This document shows, in pieces, positions 18,901 through 28,090 of a DNA stretch of 64,000 bases; position 1 is the stretch's first letter, and each line of letters starts with the position of its first letter. A model generated the notes under the pieces. That model saw only the letters and a program-made list of their open reading frames with translations. It made no database searches and was not told where the DNA came from. Source of the DNA: a virus; IMG/VR virus record IMGVR_UViG_3300037427_004270. One strand, written 5' to 3'. The translations under genes were made by a program, and so were the position numbers.

Positions 18901-19970
18901 TGTAGGGGAAGAACTTTGTCGTGATAGTTGCTTTCCCATTCTTTAGTCAACTTGTCCATCAGGTCTGAATATTTCTTTTGACGTGATGCTGCAGGGTTTG
19001 GGTTTTTCTCTAGGTCATCTTCCAGTGTATCAAGCAACACATCCACCATCATTTCTATCTTGTCTTCTTCAACACCCCAAGCTTTAAGAGCACCATCAAG
19101 AAAGTCAATGTCGTGCTGCTTATCTTCTGCGTCGAATATTTCCATCCGACCGTTGGCGTTGAACACAAGCGCGACTTTATCGTAGCGAGTTCGATCTTTA
19201 GTCTTCGTCGGCTTCTTTTCTTTCCCAGGTTTTTCTTCTCGACCGATAAAGGGGAGAAGTTCGTGGTATTTTTTGATGAGGTTTGTGACTCTGTTGCGAG
19301 CAAACAACTCTCTTCTTCCGCTGACCTTGCCATCGTCGTCCAGCACAACTATATCATTTGCGTTTTTAACCATCCAGGCTAAATATTTGTTTTTTCCAGA
19401 AGGGTCTTCTTGTGACATCTTGTCAATACCCCTTGGGCCACTGTATGTCTTATTCCAGTCTTCATAATCTGATAGAACCCATTGGGGGTATTTCTTTTTT
19501 AAGTCTTCGAGTTTGCCTTCAAACAGGTCGTCGAGCTGAGCGTTGAAGTCTTCAACCTCATCATCAGACATGTCTCCTGCTCTACCAGCATCAACACTTT
19601 TCGGAAGAATGTAATAGAGAGTTACGCCATGACGGTTATAATATCTATCAAACATATTTGATTCTTTGGAACCAGCCGTACACCACTTTGTCCCAGAACC
19701 ATAGTGACAAGAAGCTTCTGTTGTTTTCGGTGCGACAATTTGAAATGCATCACTAGGACTTTCTACTTTTCTGTATTCTTCTGGGGGAACACTTTTCTTT
19801 GCTTTCTTTTCTTGAGAGGCTTTCTTTAAGCTTGCGGCCTTCTGAATGACGACTCCCATTTCCCTGGGGGTGAGAGTAGTGTGGTCTTTAGGGTTTGACT
19901 TCTTTCCTTCTTCTATCTCGTTGTCTGGCTTTCTTGTTATTTTAGCATATATCTTTTCTTCTAATTTCAT
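15900..19970 (-). CDS. large two-module protein with duplicated xKWCT (PcfJ-like) domain; putative virion cargo
   Basis: ASCHYGSGTKWCTA and AACLLGKKTSWCTA; MKLEEKI start repeated internally as MKLEERI. Confidence 0.75.
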   Translation of the reverse strand: MKLEEKIYAKITRKPDNEIEEGKKSNPKDHTTLTPREMGVVIQKAASLKKASQEKKAKKSVPPEEYRKVESPSDAFQIVAPKTTEASCHYGSGTKWCTAGSKESNMFDRYYNRHGVTLYYILPKSVDAGRAGDMSDDEVEDFNAQLDDLFEGKLEDLKKKYPQWVLSDYEDWNKTYSGPRGIDKMSQEDPSGKNKYLAWMVKNANDIVVLDDDGKVSGRRELFARNRVTNLIKKYHELLPFIGREEKPGKEKKPTKTKDRTRYDKVALVFNANGRMEIFDAEDKQHDIDFLDGALKAWGVEEDKIEMMVDVLLDTLEDDLEKNPNPAASRQKKYSDLMDKLTKEWESNYHDKVLPLHNEAPDKPSAHAYMSATEVEAGRLVANIKNFVYLPIPDEIGGYEKMTGHEEFRGNDRSRNEQFVSYLRMKMDLPEYSKMVEGVALHTFNSGKEKYDNGEVPVDRVFKAKIREPKLDITGRKGKQEYIIMDMRWSVMITDPESKIPAEEMDRLYAGAISDLRNFSHSLSSDLPATTGPAANEWPEKMDVKAFKEFTKLAKEWIKNHPREAPEKELVGTRDSIDAIMGQLGLEESAMKLEERILVKLLGEELLQEVSLDDAMSSLGGKAGKKIIKSYNFDQGKDPGDDYNRLHKKLHSVISLTYTPADVVPGNISRTHQPEKHKSIQDSNRAQIIFWWLRYLKTDTELRDRILSGQYPLANRDAILIRQNFETFFQHPRHMKVSDIGQIKTKEMLDDVVKAGQASIDAENDKKMANDAVGRTEFFAGGYKLDDKGQVLRDEQGIPQFRRSKDGWVIAAAHGKGAACLLGKKTSWCTASPGLDYFNQYYGGEDDPLFYIHTPGDTRDDPEDDGDRFQFHYGSKQFMDVTDTPVRGDEFEILHGKLKDVLKDNGFEGRFDTVFDYEMIDYDSKLKEIMEAAEQRLDHGNRISLAFDTYDDYEDMTINVEATISFIYDSGEFDGKEDLDMYELDALRDAFQDANQNLMIGNQEDPAIMQDLMQYIDIHVSGRTVKVTIECYGSFYGESGIEGAEDFFNNVEYGPDNKYEACQGKIRATLIEGGVLPFTKYDTLLYGQGENAEVQVYDPEDDGREVEDKTAKELQDEFEEQYKNLHLISFDPENGEMEFSIPYPPPEEVQQDKTQIIGDRPSNDGAQKILRRGLNVFQKLLQRQPSLPGMEEQDTDDIIDRIMYVSERNDLVGYMIVYKTTAKMDISVELSKYSEEELDAIVDGTRLFDKHWKLWQASLQSATERWIKMNPQSIRRDNNFDADRKLAGVQAGEPVGATLGAPQPAQEAKDYQNSPAKKQHSTRKGLLIRVPGKTADKGHKLAPTKRSKSAPPGSGA

Positions 19971-20554
19971 TTGATGTCCTCGTTGAGAAAGATTTCTGTT
20001 TTCCCAAACTTGGGAGTATCAAATATGTCTACTTTCTCTATTTCGAATTTTGCTGCAGCGACATAGCAGCAATCGTATATATCTGCTGAGTCTATCATCC
20101 ATTCATTTTTGTCTACCTTGTTTGGTAAACGATAGTCACACCAATATTCTTGGCCGTTTTTCTCGTATATACATAGTGCATGGGCAGACATCTGTCCGTT
20201 GCCCTTTTTAAGCATAGAATAATATCCGAACCACACTCTGTCAACGAGGTTGGACTTTTTCAAAACAGTAGCCCAAAATATAGCATGGTCGTCACAATCG
20301 CCAAACAGCTTGCCGGAGTCTATATTATTTTGCAGACGTGAAGGATGAGTAAGATAGTCTAGCATTCCATTTACAGGATCTTTGCGATACTTTGTACCCC
20401 AATCAAAAAACTCGGGTATCTCACAAATGTCATTCATTTTTCTTAGTGTAACATTGTCTCTAGTTAGAAACATGGTAAGTCGATACCACACTTTTGCAAA
20501 TGAGACGTTTAGTGAGAATAATTTTTTGGTGAGGAATATCTTAATTTTCTTCAT
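19967..20554 (-). CDS. transglutaminase/papain-like cysteine protease domain protein
   Basis: GDCDDHAIFWA (Cys), AHALCIY (His), WCDY (Asp). Confidence 0.65.
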   Translation of the reverse strand: MKKIKIFLTKKLFSLNVSFAKVWYRLTMFLTRDNVTLRKMNDICEIPEFFDWGTKYRKDPVNGMLDYLTHPSRLQNNIDSGKLFGDCDDHAIFWATVLKKSNLVDRVWFGYYSMLKKGNGQMSAHALCIYEKNGQEYWCDYRLPNKVDKNEWMIDSADIYDCCYVAAAKFEIEKVDIFDTPKFGKTEIFLNEDIK

Positions 20555-20556
20555 GA

Positions 20557-20566
20557 TATAAATAGT
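20557..20566 (-). promoter_or_regulatory. putative late-promoter motif ACTATTTATA
   Basis: 2 nt before ATG. Confidence 0.6.
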
Positions 20567-20569
20567 TTT

Positions 20570-20797
20570 TTAATACACAACTTCTAAAAAGTTTTTATAC
20601 ATGAAGCAGGAATAGGGTTTTTGATCAAAACTGAATGGCGCATCGGGCCGCCAAAGCCAACTAACTTTCACCATTCTTGGGTCCGGTGACAAGCCACTGC
20701 ACTTCAAAATAATACCATATCTTTTTGGGGAACACTTGCTGCTCACTAATGTTCCGACATCAATTTTATTACTCTTAACAGGTTGGACTGATTTCAT
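20570..20797 (-). CDS. small SH3/KOW-like protein
   Basis: DVGTLVSSK..YGIILK..VKVSW pattern. Confidence 0.55.
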   Translation of the reverse strand: MKSVQPVKSNKIDVGTLVSSKCSPKRYGIILKCSGLSPDPRMVKVSWLWRPDAPFSFDQKPYSCFMYKNFLEVVY

Positions 20798-21053
20798 CTA
20801 TTTCTACTCCCATAATAAACAGATTTAACAAAAGTTCTTCATACTCTACTTCATCTAACACAAACATCATATAAGATAAGAATTCTTTAGCATCACTCCT
20901 ACACAGTGTATCTATATGATAACATATAAATGTCATTATCTCTGCGTCGATGACTTCTGGTATTTCCGGAAGGCTCTCGATAGGTATATTGAATTTATAT
21001 TTTGAAATTTCTTTTTTTACTTTAGCTATCTTTTCACTTCTTTTTTCAAACAT
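20775..21053 (-). CDS. hypothetical protein
   Basis: 92-aa ORF overlapping both neighbours. Confidence 0.6.
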   Translation of the reverse strand: MFEKRSEKIAKVKKEISKYKFNIPIESLPEIPEVIDAEIMTFICYHIDTLCRSDAKEFLSYMMFVLDEVEYEELLLNLFIMGVEIDEISPTC

Positions 21054-21573
21054 TTTCTTCCATTAAGCCCTCATAGTATTCGTCCAGCTCCTCTTCTGTC
21101 ATCCATTCTGTAGGTATAAAATCTGAAGTGTTTATCTTTCCTGCGCCGGGCAAAGGAACACTCTCTTTTGTTATTTCATCTTCCCATTCAGAATATAGCT
21201 GGTCTTCTTCCTTATCAGTACGTATCTCTTCGTCTTGTTTTTCAGGCTCGGAAAAAACGTGTCTTAAAATATCATCTCTTGCTTTTTTGCAAACTCTTTC
21301 ATGTTCTTGCAATTGATCGCAAGCTCTTTTAATGCTTTCGTCATATATTATATCATACTTCTCTACTTTAATGCAATAAGAATCTAACGCCCATGCTTCT
21401 CTGTTTTTATATTTTATCCTTAAAAATATAACTCCCTGGTGTGAGCGGCTGGATTTTACATCTATGACTTCACAAACATTTCCAGGTATCATGTTATTTG
21501 ATGCCTTCCAGTATTTCCACCACTTTATTCTATTAGCTATTTGAACCCAATCACCCTTACTAAAGCTCGCCAT
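21046..21573 (-). CDS. SH3/KOW-like domain with acidic tail
   Basis: FSKGDWVQI..VCEVIDV pattern. Confidence 0.6.
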   Translation of the reverse strand: MASFSKGDWVQIANRIKWWKYWKASNNMIPGNVCEVIDVKSSRSHQGVIFLRIKYKNREAWALDSYCIKVEKYDIIYDESIKRACDQLQEHERVCKKARDDILRHVFSEPEKQDEEIRTDKEEDQLYSEWEDEITKESVPLPGAGKINTSDFIPTEWMTEEELDEYYEGLMEENV

Positions 21574-22165
21574 TGTTAACCCCCAAGAACCGAAACCATT
21601 CAGTCTTTTTAAAGCGCCTTGCGTAGTATCTAAAAAATTTAATATCGAAACATAAAGGCTTTGGTCTTTTAAGTAGTTTCATGTTACATTGTAACAGAGT
21701 CTTACTGCCTTTTAAATTATTGCACTCTTTGCAGCTCGTTGCTGCATTTGCCCATGACATCTCTCCCCCTTTGGACTTTGGGATAATATGATCCACGGTC
21801 GCATGGCCTTGGGATAACTTTATTCCGCAGTATTGGCACTCGTACATATCTCTGATAAATATGTTCATCTTGGTACATGAGGGAGAGCGAGTTCTTTTTT
21901 GAATATAGTTTTTAAGTATTATTATTTTTGGAATTCCAAACACACTGCTTACTGAGCGAAGAACTTCGAAGTCTGCATCCCTCATTTCATTCCTGTGTTT
22001 CGAATGTCTCATCCACTCTTCGAGAGTAAAAACATTATAGTCATTATCTATCACATTTGCTGCTTCTCTGAAAACAAGATAAATGGCCCCGCGAACGCTT
22101 GTTATTCTTATGGGGCGATAGTTTTTATCTAAGACTAATACCTTCTTATTAAGAATCAAAGGCAT
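21560..22165 (-). CDS. HNH endonuclease (McrA-like)
   Basis: VLVLDKNYRPI, IFIRDMYECQYCG, TVDHIIPKSKGG, SCKECNNLKG. Confidence 0.92.
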   Translation of the reverse strand: MPLILNKKVLVLDKNYRPIRITSVRGAIYLVFREAANVIDNDYNVFTLEEWMRHSKHRNEMRDADFEVLRSVSSVFGIPKIIILKNYIQKRTRSPSCTKMNIFIRDMYECQYCGIKLSQGHATVDHIIPKSKGGEMSWANAATSCKECNNLKGSKTLLQCNMKLLKRPKPLCFDIKFFRYYARRFKKTEWFRFLGVNNGEL

Positions 22166-22255
22166 GGCAGCATCCTCGGCAAACTCCCTCCTACGGGCGT
22201 AGTGCCCTATGAGGACACCACCATATTAATATATATGATAGAAGAGATATTTTAA

Positions 22256-25200
22256 CTATCCCAAATTTATAAAGTTTACATTGGCAGGCACAGATTCCGC
22301 TTTAATCATGAGGGGCGCATATCCGGCTCCTGCCTTTACTTGTACATTTTCGTTCGTGCTATCAACTTTCATTTGGAAATACATTGTTTTAGATTCCCCA
22401 GCAGCCCAGTTGTGGGTTCCGTCTGTCCCATCAAAATACCACTGAAGAACATATATGCCGAACTTCTCTTCTGTGTGTCCGTTTATTTGTTCATCATTCC
22501 AATCAGAGCCCCAGCTTCCCTCAGTGGATTCAGAGTCGCTATCGGTTATTCTACATCTCCAAAGATTCTCTGAAGAATCAAAATCTCTAATAGACATCTT
22601 GAGAGTCACCAGCACCTTGCGGCTCGCTGGGACAGTGAAAGTGATAGAGGGCTTAATGTTGGCATCACTATCACTATTAATTTGTTTATAGGTCGTTGTG
22701 AAACTGCCGCAGGAAAATGTAGTAGTTGCACCGTCCATAATTGTTTGTGACAAGAGAGTTGAACCGCTGACGATATCGAGAGGAACTTTCGGGTTATTCG
22801 TTCCAATACCTACATTTCCGGAGCCACTAATGAACAAAGAGTTTGCAGTTGCTTTTCTACTTATCGACAACACATTGGTATCTGATGTGGAGTTATCTCT
22901 GACTCCCAAATGAAGCATTCCATTGTGAGGAGAAGCGGCATCACCGTCATAATCTAGAAATGCGCCATAGGTCATAACTTGACTTCCGTTAGTATCCTCT
23001 GCCATCTCTAGCCGACCAGAAAAGTTTGATGCTGAACTGTTGTCTCCACCGAGGCGTATTGAAACTACTCCGCCATCTGCATCGCCCTCAATTGATAAGT
23101 TAGCATAAGGGCTGGTCGTACCAATTCCTACCTTGTTGCCGCTACTATCAACATATAGAGTGTCTGTATCAAACGTCGCATTACCGGTGAAAGTCGGACT
23201 TGCAGTAGGCGCTTTCGCATCAAGCTGAGTTTGAATAGCACTGGTCACACCGTCAACATAATTTAGTTCTGTTGCTGTAGCTGTGACTAAAGTACCGCCC
23301 AGGGATAAGCCTGCCGAAGAGCCGTTATGTGATGATATATCAGCGTCGCCAGTTACAGTGAGATCATCATTTACAAACATATCATCAGTGCATCTTATAT
23401 CTCCGTTCACGTCCAAGGTATAACTTGGGGTACTATCAAGGATGCCAACAAAACCGTTTGTTCCTTTGATGCTTATTGCTGTGTTTGTCGTGCTGTCTCT
23501 TTGTCCAAATATTAAATTACCACTAGAATTATAATAAATAGGAAACCAATTATCTGCATCTGATTTTTCAAGCCTGATGCCGCCTGTGCTATCTTGGGCC
23601 GACTGTTTAATATGAAATTTAGAGTCCGGGTCGTTGGTACCAACACCAACATCACCATCATTCTGGATTCTCATTCTTTCAGTATCGTTTGTGCCGAAAT
23701 AGAGGTCGTAGTTTGTTGATACATTCAGGTAAGTGTTACCGTCGGTATTTATAGAATTGCCGTCAATATACATGTTGGTACTGCTGTCTGTTATTTTTAC
23801 AGTAGCGTTACCTAATGTAAGCCCACCTATATCTCCAACTGTAGCATTTCTGTCAACGTGCAATGCTGCAGCCGGAGAAGTTTCATTGATGCCAACTCTG
23901 TTCAAACTTGGGTTGTAAGAAATACCAGCGTCGGTTTTTAATTGTTGTGTTGCAGCAGTGCTATCAACAAAGGTTAGGTAATGAGATGCGTTGCCGCTAT
24001 CCGTTGCGGTAGTGACGTTAGTAGCGTTAGTAGCGTTGGTAGCAGTTGCGGCATTGCCACCGGTTGCTAATTTTCCGTCTAATTGAGTTTGGATGGCGGA
24101 GGTTACACCGTCAACGTAATTTAGTTCTGTTGCAGTTGCAGTGACTAATGTGCCACCAAGTTTAAATCCATTGGCAGAACCGTCGTGAGTGCTGATATTA
24201 ACATCTGCTCCGAAGGTAGCATCACCATCTTGGTCAACCAACAATGCGTTTACATCTGTGCCACTCTGATTATCCATAATAAGAGCAAACTGGTTTGCAT
24301 CACCGTCATTGTCTCCAAGATACCTAATTGCCCACCCATGCGTTTGGACGCCGCTTTGTAATACCCTAATTACGTCTGCATCCGTATCGTTGCCTCCATT
24401 CATAATTATCGCGGGAGTTGTTTCTGTGAGTTTGGTGATGGTGAGCGAAGCACCATCCCATGTAAGATCACTGTTTCCTTTAAAGGAGCCTGTGCCAGTT
24501 GCTGTAAGGACTCTGTTGTTTGCTCCGCTCGACATAAAGTCAGTAACGTCTACGGATAGATGATCTCCAGTTAAGTCAAGCCCGTTACCTACTGCTAAGT
24601 TTGTATTATCACTTATATCAATTGAGCTGAGTGTTGCCAACGATCCTAAGCCTAGTGTAGCTCTGGCTGTCGAAGCATTTGCGTCGTCGATAAGAGTTTT
24701 ACCGAATGCAGATACGGTCGTTGTGCCAATAGTCAAGTCGCCATCTATCTGCAAGTTTCCGGACTCATCAAGATTTAAAATTTCCGTATTATAAGCATTG
24801 ACAGTAAACTCATTAGATGAATTATTATTTGAGTCTATAACAAGATTTATATCGCCATAAGATCTAATATTGAGATCACTGGTGGTGCCATTTATATCTC
24901 CGCCCTCGACCACGATATCCTTGTGAGCAGTTAAATCTCCTTCAACTCTTAATGTGTCTCCAAGAGTTGCCGCTCCGGAGCCAGAGATGGTCCCTTCGAC
25001 AGACAAGTTATTGCCTAAGCTTGTTGCGCCTGCAACTTGCAAAGTACTAGAGCCGGAAATAGCAGCAGCAGCCAAGTTTCCTGTGAAAGTTGGGCTCGCT
25101 GCAGGCGCTTTCGCATTCAACTGAGTTTGAATAGCACTGGTAACACCGTCAACATAATTTAGTTCTGCTGCAGTTGCAGTAACTAATGTGCCGCCGAGCT

Positions 25201-26311
25201 TGAAGCCATTGGCAGATCCGTCGTGAGTGCTGACATTGACATCTGCGCCGAAAGTGATGTCACCGTCTTGGTCTGCAAGAATTGCATTAACTGGCGTTCC
25301 GTCTTGATTATCCATTTTAAGGGCAAAACGGTTGGCATCACCGGTTCCAGTTCCCATGTACTTAATCTGCCATCCGTGGGTATCTGTCTGGCCCTCTCTT
25401 GCTCTAAGGATGGTGACATCATTATTATCACACTCCGCAACGAAGGCAGGATTATTATCACTCTCTTTGTTTATGGTAAGGGTATTGCTAGAATTAAAAG
25501 TTAAGTTCGCTTCGCCGCTTATTGCAGAAGCCCCCGTTGCGGTTACTACTCTATCGTCTAAACCGTTTGATAGTGTGGCACCACCACCAGCCGAAGGGAG
25601 ATTAGAAATTAAAACTTTCTTAGTAGAGTTGTCAGTTACATCTTGTAAGACAACATAGTCCGAGGTTGCCGCCGTTGTGCCCAAGGCAGATAGTTCATTT
25701 ACATCCAGCGACAATACCCCGCTTGATGCTGCGAGGCCATTGCCAGCCATAAACGTAGCGACATCATCAATACTCTCTAACTGTTCGGTAGAACCGTCGG
25801 AGTCTAAAACTAAAAACTTATCACCAGAGGCTATTTGTACATCTGAAAACTCGCTTATGTCTACATTTAAAGTTGCAGCTCCAGAGTTCGCTCCACCAGA
25901 TAAGCCAGTACCCGCAATAACAGAAGTTATGTCAGCGTCGATGGTGCTTGTAAGGTTTGAAACGGTTACTTTTTTTGTAGAGTTGTCGGTGATGTCCTGC
26001 ACCACGATGAAGTCACCGCTAGCAGGCGCTGTGCCCAACGCTGTTAGCTCGCTAGCATCGAGGGCTAGCGATACCTCACCCGCAGTCCCACCCCCGGAGA
26101 GGCCGACTCCGGCGCTCACAGAGGTAATGTCACCATCACCTCCACCGGTATGAAAGTCAAATATCTCTGTCTCGACACCTTTGATGACTTGAAAAACTTT
26201 AAGATTGTCATCGTCGCCCACACGAATATCGAAATATGTTCCCTTGCTTCGGGCTTTATTCAATATTTTGAGGGTTTCGGACCAAAGGTTGCTTAGTTTG
26301 TTTGAAGGCAT
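22256..26311 (-). CDS. long tail fibre / receptor-binding protein with internal repeats
   Basis: Gly/Ser/Thr-rich; VGIGTxxP..L repeats; GTLVTATAxELNYVDGVTSAIQTQL x3; start moved to MPSNK (26311) from RBS and late motif. Confidence 0.85.
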   Translation of the reverse strand: MPSNKLSNLWSETLKILNKARSKGTYFDIRVGDDDNLKVFQVIKGVETEIFDFHTGGGDGDITSVSAGVGLSGGGTAGEVSLALDASELTALGTAPASGDFIVVQDITDNSTKKVTVSNLTSTIDADITSVIAGTGLSGGANSGAATLNVDISEFSDVQIASGDKFLVLDSDGSTEQLESIDDVATFMAGNGLAASSGVLSLDVNELSALGTTAATSDYVVLQDVTDNSTKKVLISNLPSAGGGATLSNGLDDRVVTATGASAISGEANLTFNSSNTLTINKESDNNPAFVAECDNNDVTILRAREGQTDTHGWQIKYMGTGTGDANRFALKMDNQDGTPVNAILADQDGDITFGADVNVSTHDGSANGFKLGGTLVTATAAELNYVDGVTSAIQTQLNAKAPAASPTFTGNLAAAAISGSSTLQVAGATSLGNNLSVEGTISGSGAATLGDTLRVEGDLTAHKDIVVEGGDINGTTSDLNIRSYGDINLVIDSNNNSSNEFTVNAYNTEILNLDESGNLQIDGDLTIGTTTVSAFGKTLIDDANASTARATLGLGSLATLSSIDISDNTNLAVGNGLDLTGDHLSVDVTDFMSSGANNRVLTATGTGSFKGNSDLTWDGASLTITKLTETTPAIIMNGGNDTDADVIRVLQSGVQTHGWAIRYLGDNDGDANQFALIMDNQSGTDVNALLVDQDGDATFGADVNISTHDGSANGFKLGGTLVTATATELNYVDGVTSAIQTQLDGKLATGGNAATATNATNATNVTTATDSGNASHYLTFVDSTAATQQLKTDAGISYNPSLNRVGINETSPAAALHVDRNATVGDIGGLTLGNATVKITDSSTNMYIDGNSINTDGNTYLNVSTNYDLYFGTNDTERMRIQNDGDVGVGTNDPDSKFHIKQSAQDSTGGIRLEKSDADNWFPIYYNSSGNLIFGQRDSTTNTAISIKGTNGFVGILDSTPSYTLDVNGDIRCTDDMFVNDDLTVTGDADISSHNGSSAGLSLGGTLVTATATELNYVDGVTSAIQTQLDAKAPTASPTFTGNATFDTDTLYVDSSGNKVGIGTTSPYANLSIEGDADGGVVSIRLGGDNSSASNFSGRLEMAEDTNGSQVMTYGAFLDYDGDAASPHNGMLHLGVRDNSTSDTNVLSISRKATANSLFISGSGNVGIGTNNPKVPLDIVSGSTLLSQTIMDGATTTFSCGSFTTTYKQINSDSDANIKPSITFTVPASRKVLVTLKMSIRDFDSSENLWRCRITDSDSESTEGSWGSDWNDEQINGHTEEKFGIYVLQWYFDGTDGTHNWAAGESKTMYFQMKVDSTNENVQVKAGAGYAPLMIKAESVPANVNFINLG
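23185..25330 (-). repeat. three diverged coding repeats within the tail fibre
   Basis: Copies near 23190-23340, 24080-24360 and 25085-25330 share TGAGTTTG..AT..C..GGT.ACACCGTCAAC.TAATTTAGTTCTG. Confidence 0.85.
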
Positions 26312-26327
26312 AAAAAACTCCGTCCCA

Positions 26328-26336
26328 ATAAATAGT
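26328..26336 (-). promoter_or_regulatory. putative late-promoter motif ACTATTTAT
   Basis: Upstream of tail-fibre RBS. Confidence 0.6.
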
Positions 26337-26411
26337 GAGGAACGGAGCATTTGTTGCTTATCGGCAGCGAAGCGCCGAATTTTTTGCGATTTTTTTTGCG
26401 CTAAATTTTTT

Positions 26412-26624
26412 CTAGAGGCTTAAATTGTATTTTTTGCTCAAATAAGCCTTAATTTCTTCCGGGCTTGAGGCTGTCATGATAGGTCGCTCCTCATTGTGAA
26501 GCATATAAAGCTCCCTACCGTCCTTTGTTCCCATAGTAACGTGCAAATTTAGGCCATTTCTCTTAATAGAGAACACTTCTCTTACTTCATCCCACATATC
26601 TAACTCCAAAATAAACTTATTCAT
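26412..26624 (-). CDS. hypothetical protein
   Basis: 70-aa ORF overlapping upstream stop. Confidence 0.6.
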   Translation of the reverse strand: MNKFILELDMWDEVREVFSIKRNGLNLHVTMGTKDGRELYMLHNEERPIMTASSPEEIKAYLSKKYNLSL

Positions 26625-26817
26625 CCACTTTTTGTTCCGTTACGTCCAGAGTACCAGCGAAATTCGCCCTTTCAGAGACTTTTGCAGTACCATCCATAAG
26701 ACTTTCGAGGTCATAACCTAAATTTTCGAGCGTATCTCGCATAATTTCTGCTTTTTTCTTAGCTTTGCGTTTAATTCGCTCTTCTCTTTTGGTAAACTTC
26801 TTCATCATTTTGCCCAT
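26617..26817 (-). CDS. hypothetical protein
   Basis: 66 aa, GGAG RBS. Confidence 0.6.
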   Translation of the reverse strand: MGKMMKKFTKREERIKRKAKKKAEIMRDTLENLGYDLESLMDGTAKVSERANFAGTLDVTEQKVDE

Positions 26818-26826
26818 TATTGTCTC

Positions 26827-27138
26827 CTATTGTTGTAAGTATGGGGAAACGAGGTCTATCTCCTCGTCAAAAAACTCTTCTTTGCGTCCATCCGGTAAAA
26901 GTACGAGATATAATGGAACATATTCGAACGGTTCATCAGGACTATTATATATTTCAGGGTGCTCGCGGTACAATTCAATATCATAATATCTCTCACTATA
27001 AAAAGGAGACTCCAGCTCGTGACATACATTCAAGACAATGCCAACGTGATGGTACATATCCTTATTAACGAAAGCAGGCTCCCTTATCTTAACTAAGTCT
27101 CCCTTCATGTACTTCGGTTCCTTCTTCTTGACACCCAT
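26827..27138 (-). CDS. SH3/KOW-like protein
   Basis: YMKGDLVKIRE..VGIVLNV..YLVLL. Confidence 0.65.
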   Translation of the reverse strand: MGVKKKEPKYMKGDLVKIREPAFVNKDMYHHVGIVLNVCHELESPFYSERYYDIELYREHPEIYNSPDEPFEYVPLYLVLLPDGRKEEFFDEEIDLVSPYLQQ

Positions 27139-27146
27139 AGCACACT

Positions 27147-27175
27147 ATTGTAGCACAGATACTCACAAAAGTCAA
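27147..27175 (-). promoter_or_regulatory. sigma70-type promoter
   Basis: TTGACT-17 bp-TACAAT. Confidence 0.7.
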
Positions 27176-27178
27176 ATA

Positions 27179-27358
27179 TTATTTAATAAGAGATACTTTA
27201 TCTTCCACATACCATGAGTTACCACCCGCCATCTTGATGAAACCAATAGTAGGCTCAACGTAGTACCATATATCCTCATGGGCTGAGACTCCCCTTACTT
27301 CTCCCTCGAAAAGCAACTCACCATCTTTTACAAGTACCTTGTCTCCAATACTAAGCAT
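27179..27358 (-). CDS. SH3/KOW-like protein
   Basis: MLSIGDKVLVKDG..FEGEV..WYYV. Confidence 0.6.
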   Translation of the reverse strand: MLSIGDKVLVKDGELLFEGEVRGVSAHEDIWYYVEPTIGFIKMAGGNSWYVEDKVSLIK

Positions 27359-27483
27359 GTACCTAACCCTCCTATGAAACTCTCTTAGAGAAGCTTCTGT
27401 TAGCTTACACAAATATGCTAAGCATTAGTACATAGTATTAGATATATGCTATTGAAAAAACTCAAAAAATAACAAGCAGAATT

Positions 27484-27840
27484 TTAGCAGCCTTCCCATG
27501 ACTCCAAATCATCGTCGTTGTAGGCCATCTCATAAGTATCTGTCTCTTCATTGTACCTAAGAGGCGATAGGTTGTTGTGTCCCATCCACATAGAGCGACA
27601 ACTAAGCTGCTTTACCGCACTTAACATGTCGTCTTTCTCTATCTGTTCTGCTATATCGTGTATTAGGCCCTCGTCTATCCAAGGTTTTATCTTATAATAC
27701 ACCTGATCTAAGTTTACACTGGTCCATGACAATGAAGGATCTTCTTTTATCTCTAGTATTTCCGCTGCATAGCAATAGTCTTTAACAATCTGGCTAGTCG
27801 GCCAACGGTTGACCAACACAATATCACCTATCCTATACAT
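27484..27840 (-). CDS. SH3/KOW-like protein
   Basis: MYRIGDIVLVN..AEILEI..YYKI. Confidence 0.6.
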   Translation of the reverse strand: MYRIGDIVLVNRWPTSQIVKDYCYAAEILEIKEDPSLSWTSVNLDQVYYKIKPWIDEGLIHDIAEQIEKDDMLSAVKQLSCRSMWMGHNNLSPLRYNEETDTYEMAYNDDDLESWEGC

Positions 27841-28090
27841 TCCCTTCATCCTTCTCATTAGGTTCCCCATCCCAATTTTCCATGTATTGGTAAATAGGTG
27901 CCAACTTGACTAACCTCTGAGGATGCCAATCAACTTTTCCTGATGCGTTGTTTGGAATGACCTTGTAGAACACCTCTTTGTCGTGTGCCCTCTCTGCGAC
28001 ATCTGCGACAATGCCCTTAAAACCCATTGATGGTGCGCGTTGCATTACTACAACCTCTGTACCGATGCCTATTATCATGCTATTTGTCAT
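27833..28090 (-). CDS. SH3/KOW-like protein
   Basis: IGIGTEVVV..FKGIVADV..FYKV. Confidence 0.6.
   Translation of the reverse strand: MTNSMIIGIGTEVVVMQRAPSMGFKGIVADVAERAHDKEVFYKVIPNNASGKVDWHPQRLVKLAPIYQYMENWDGEPNEKDEGNV

Noticed and set aside
23185-25330. Possible CRISPR array or DGR template/variable repeats
   Set aside because: Repeats are in-frame coding units without constant-length spacers, differences are not adenine-specific by eye, and no reverse transcriptase or cas gene is present in the window.
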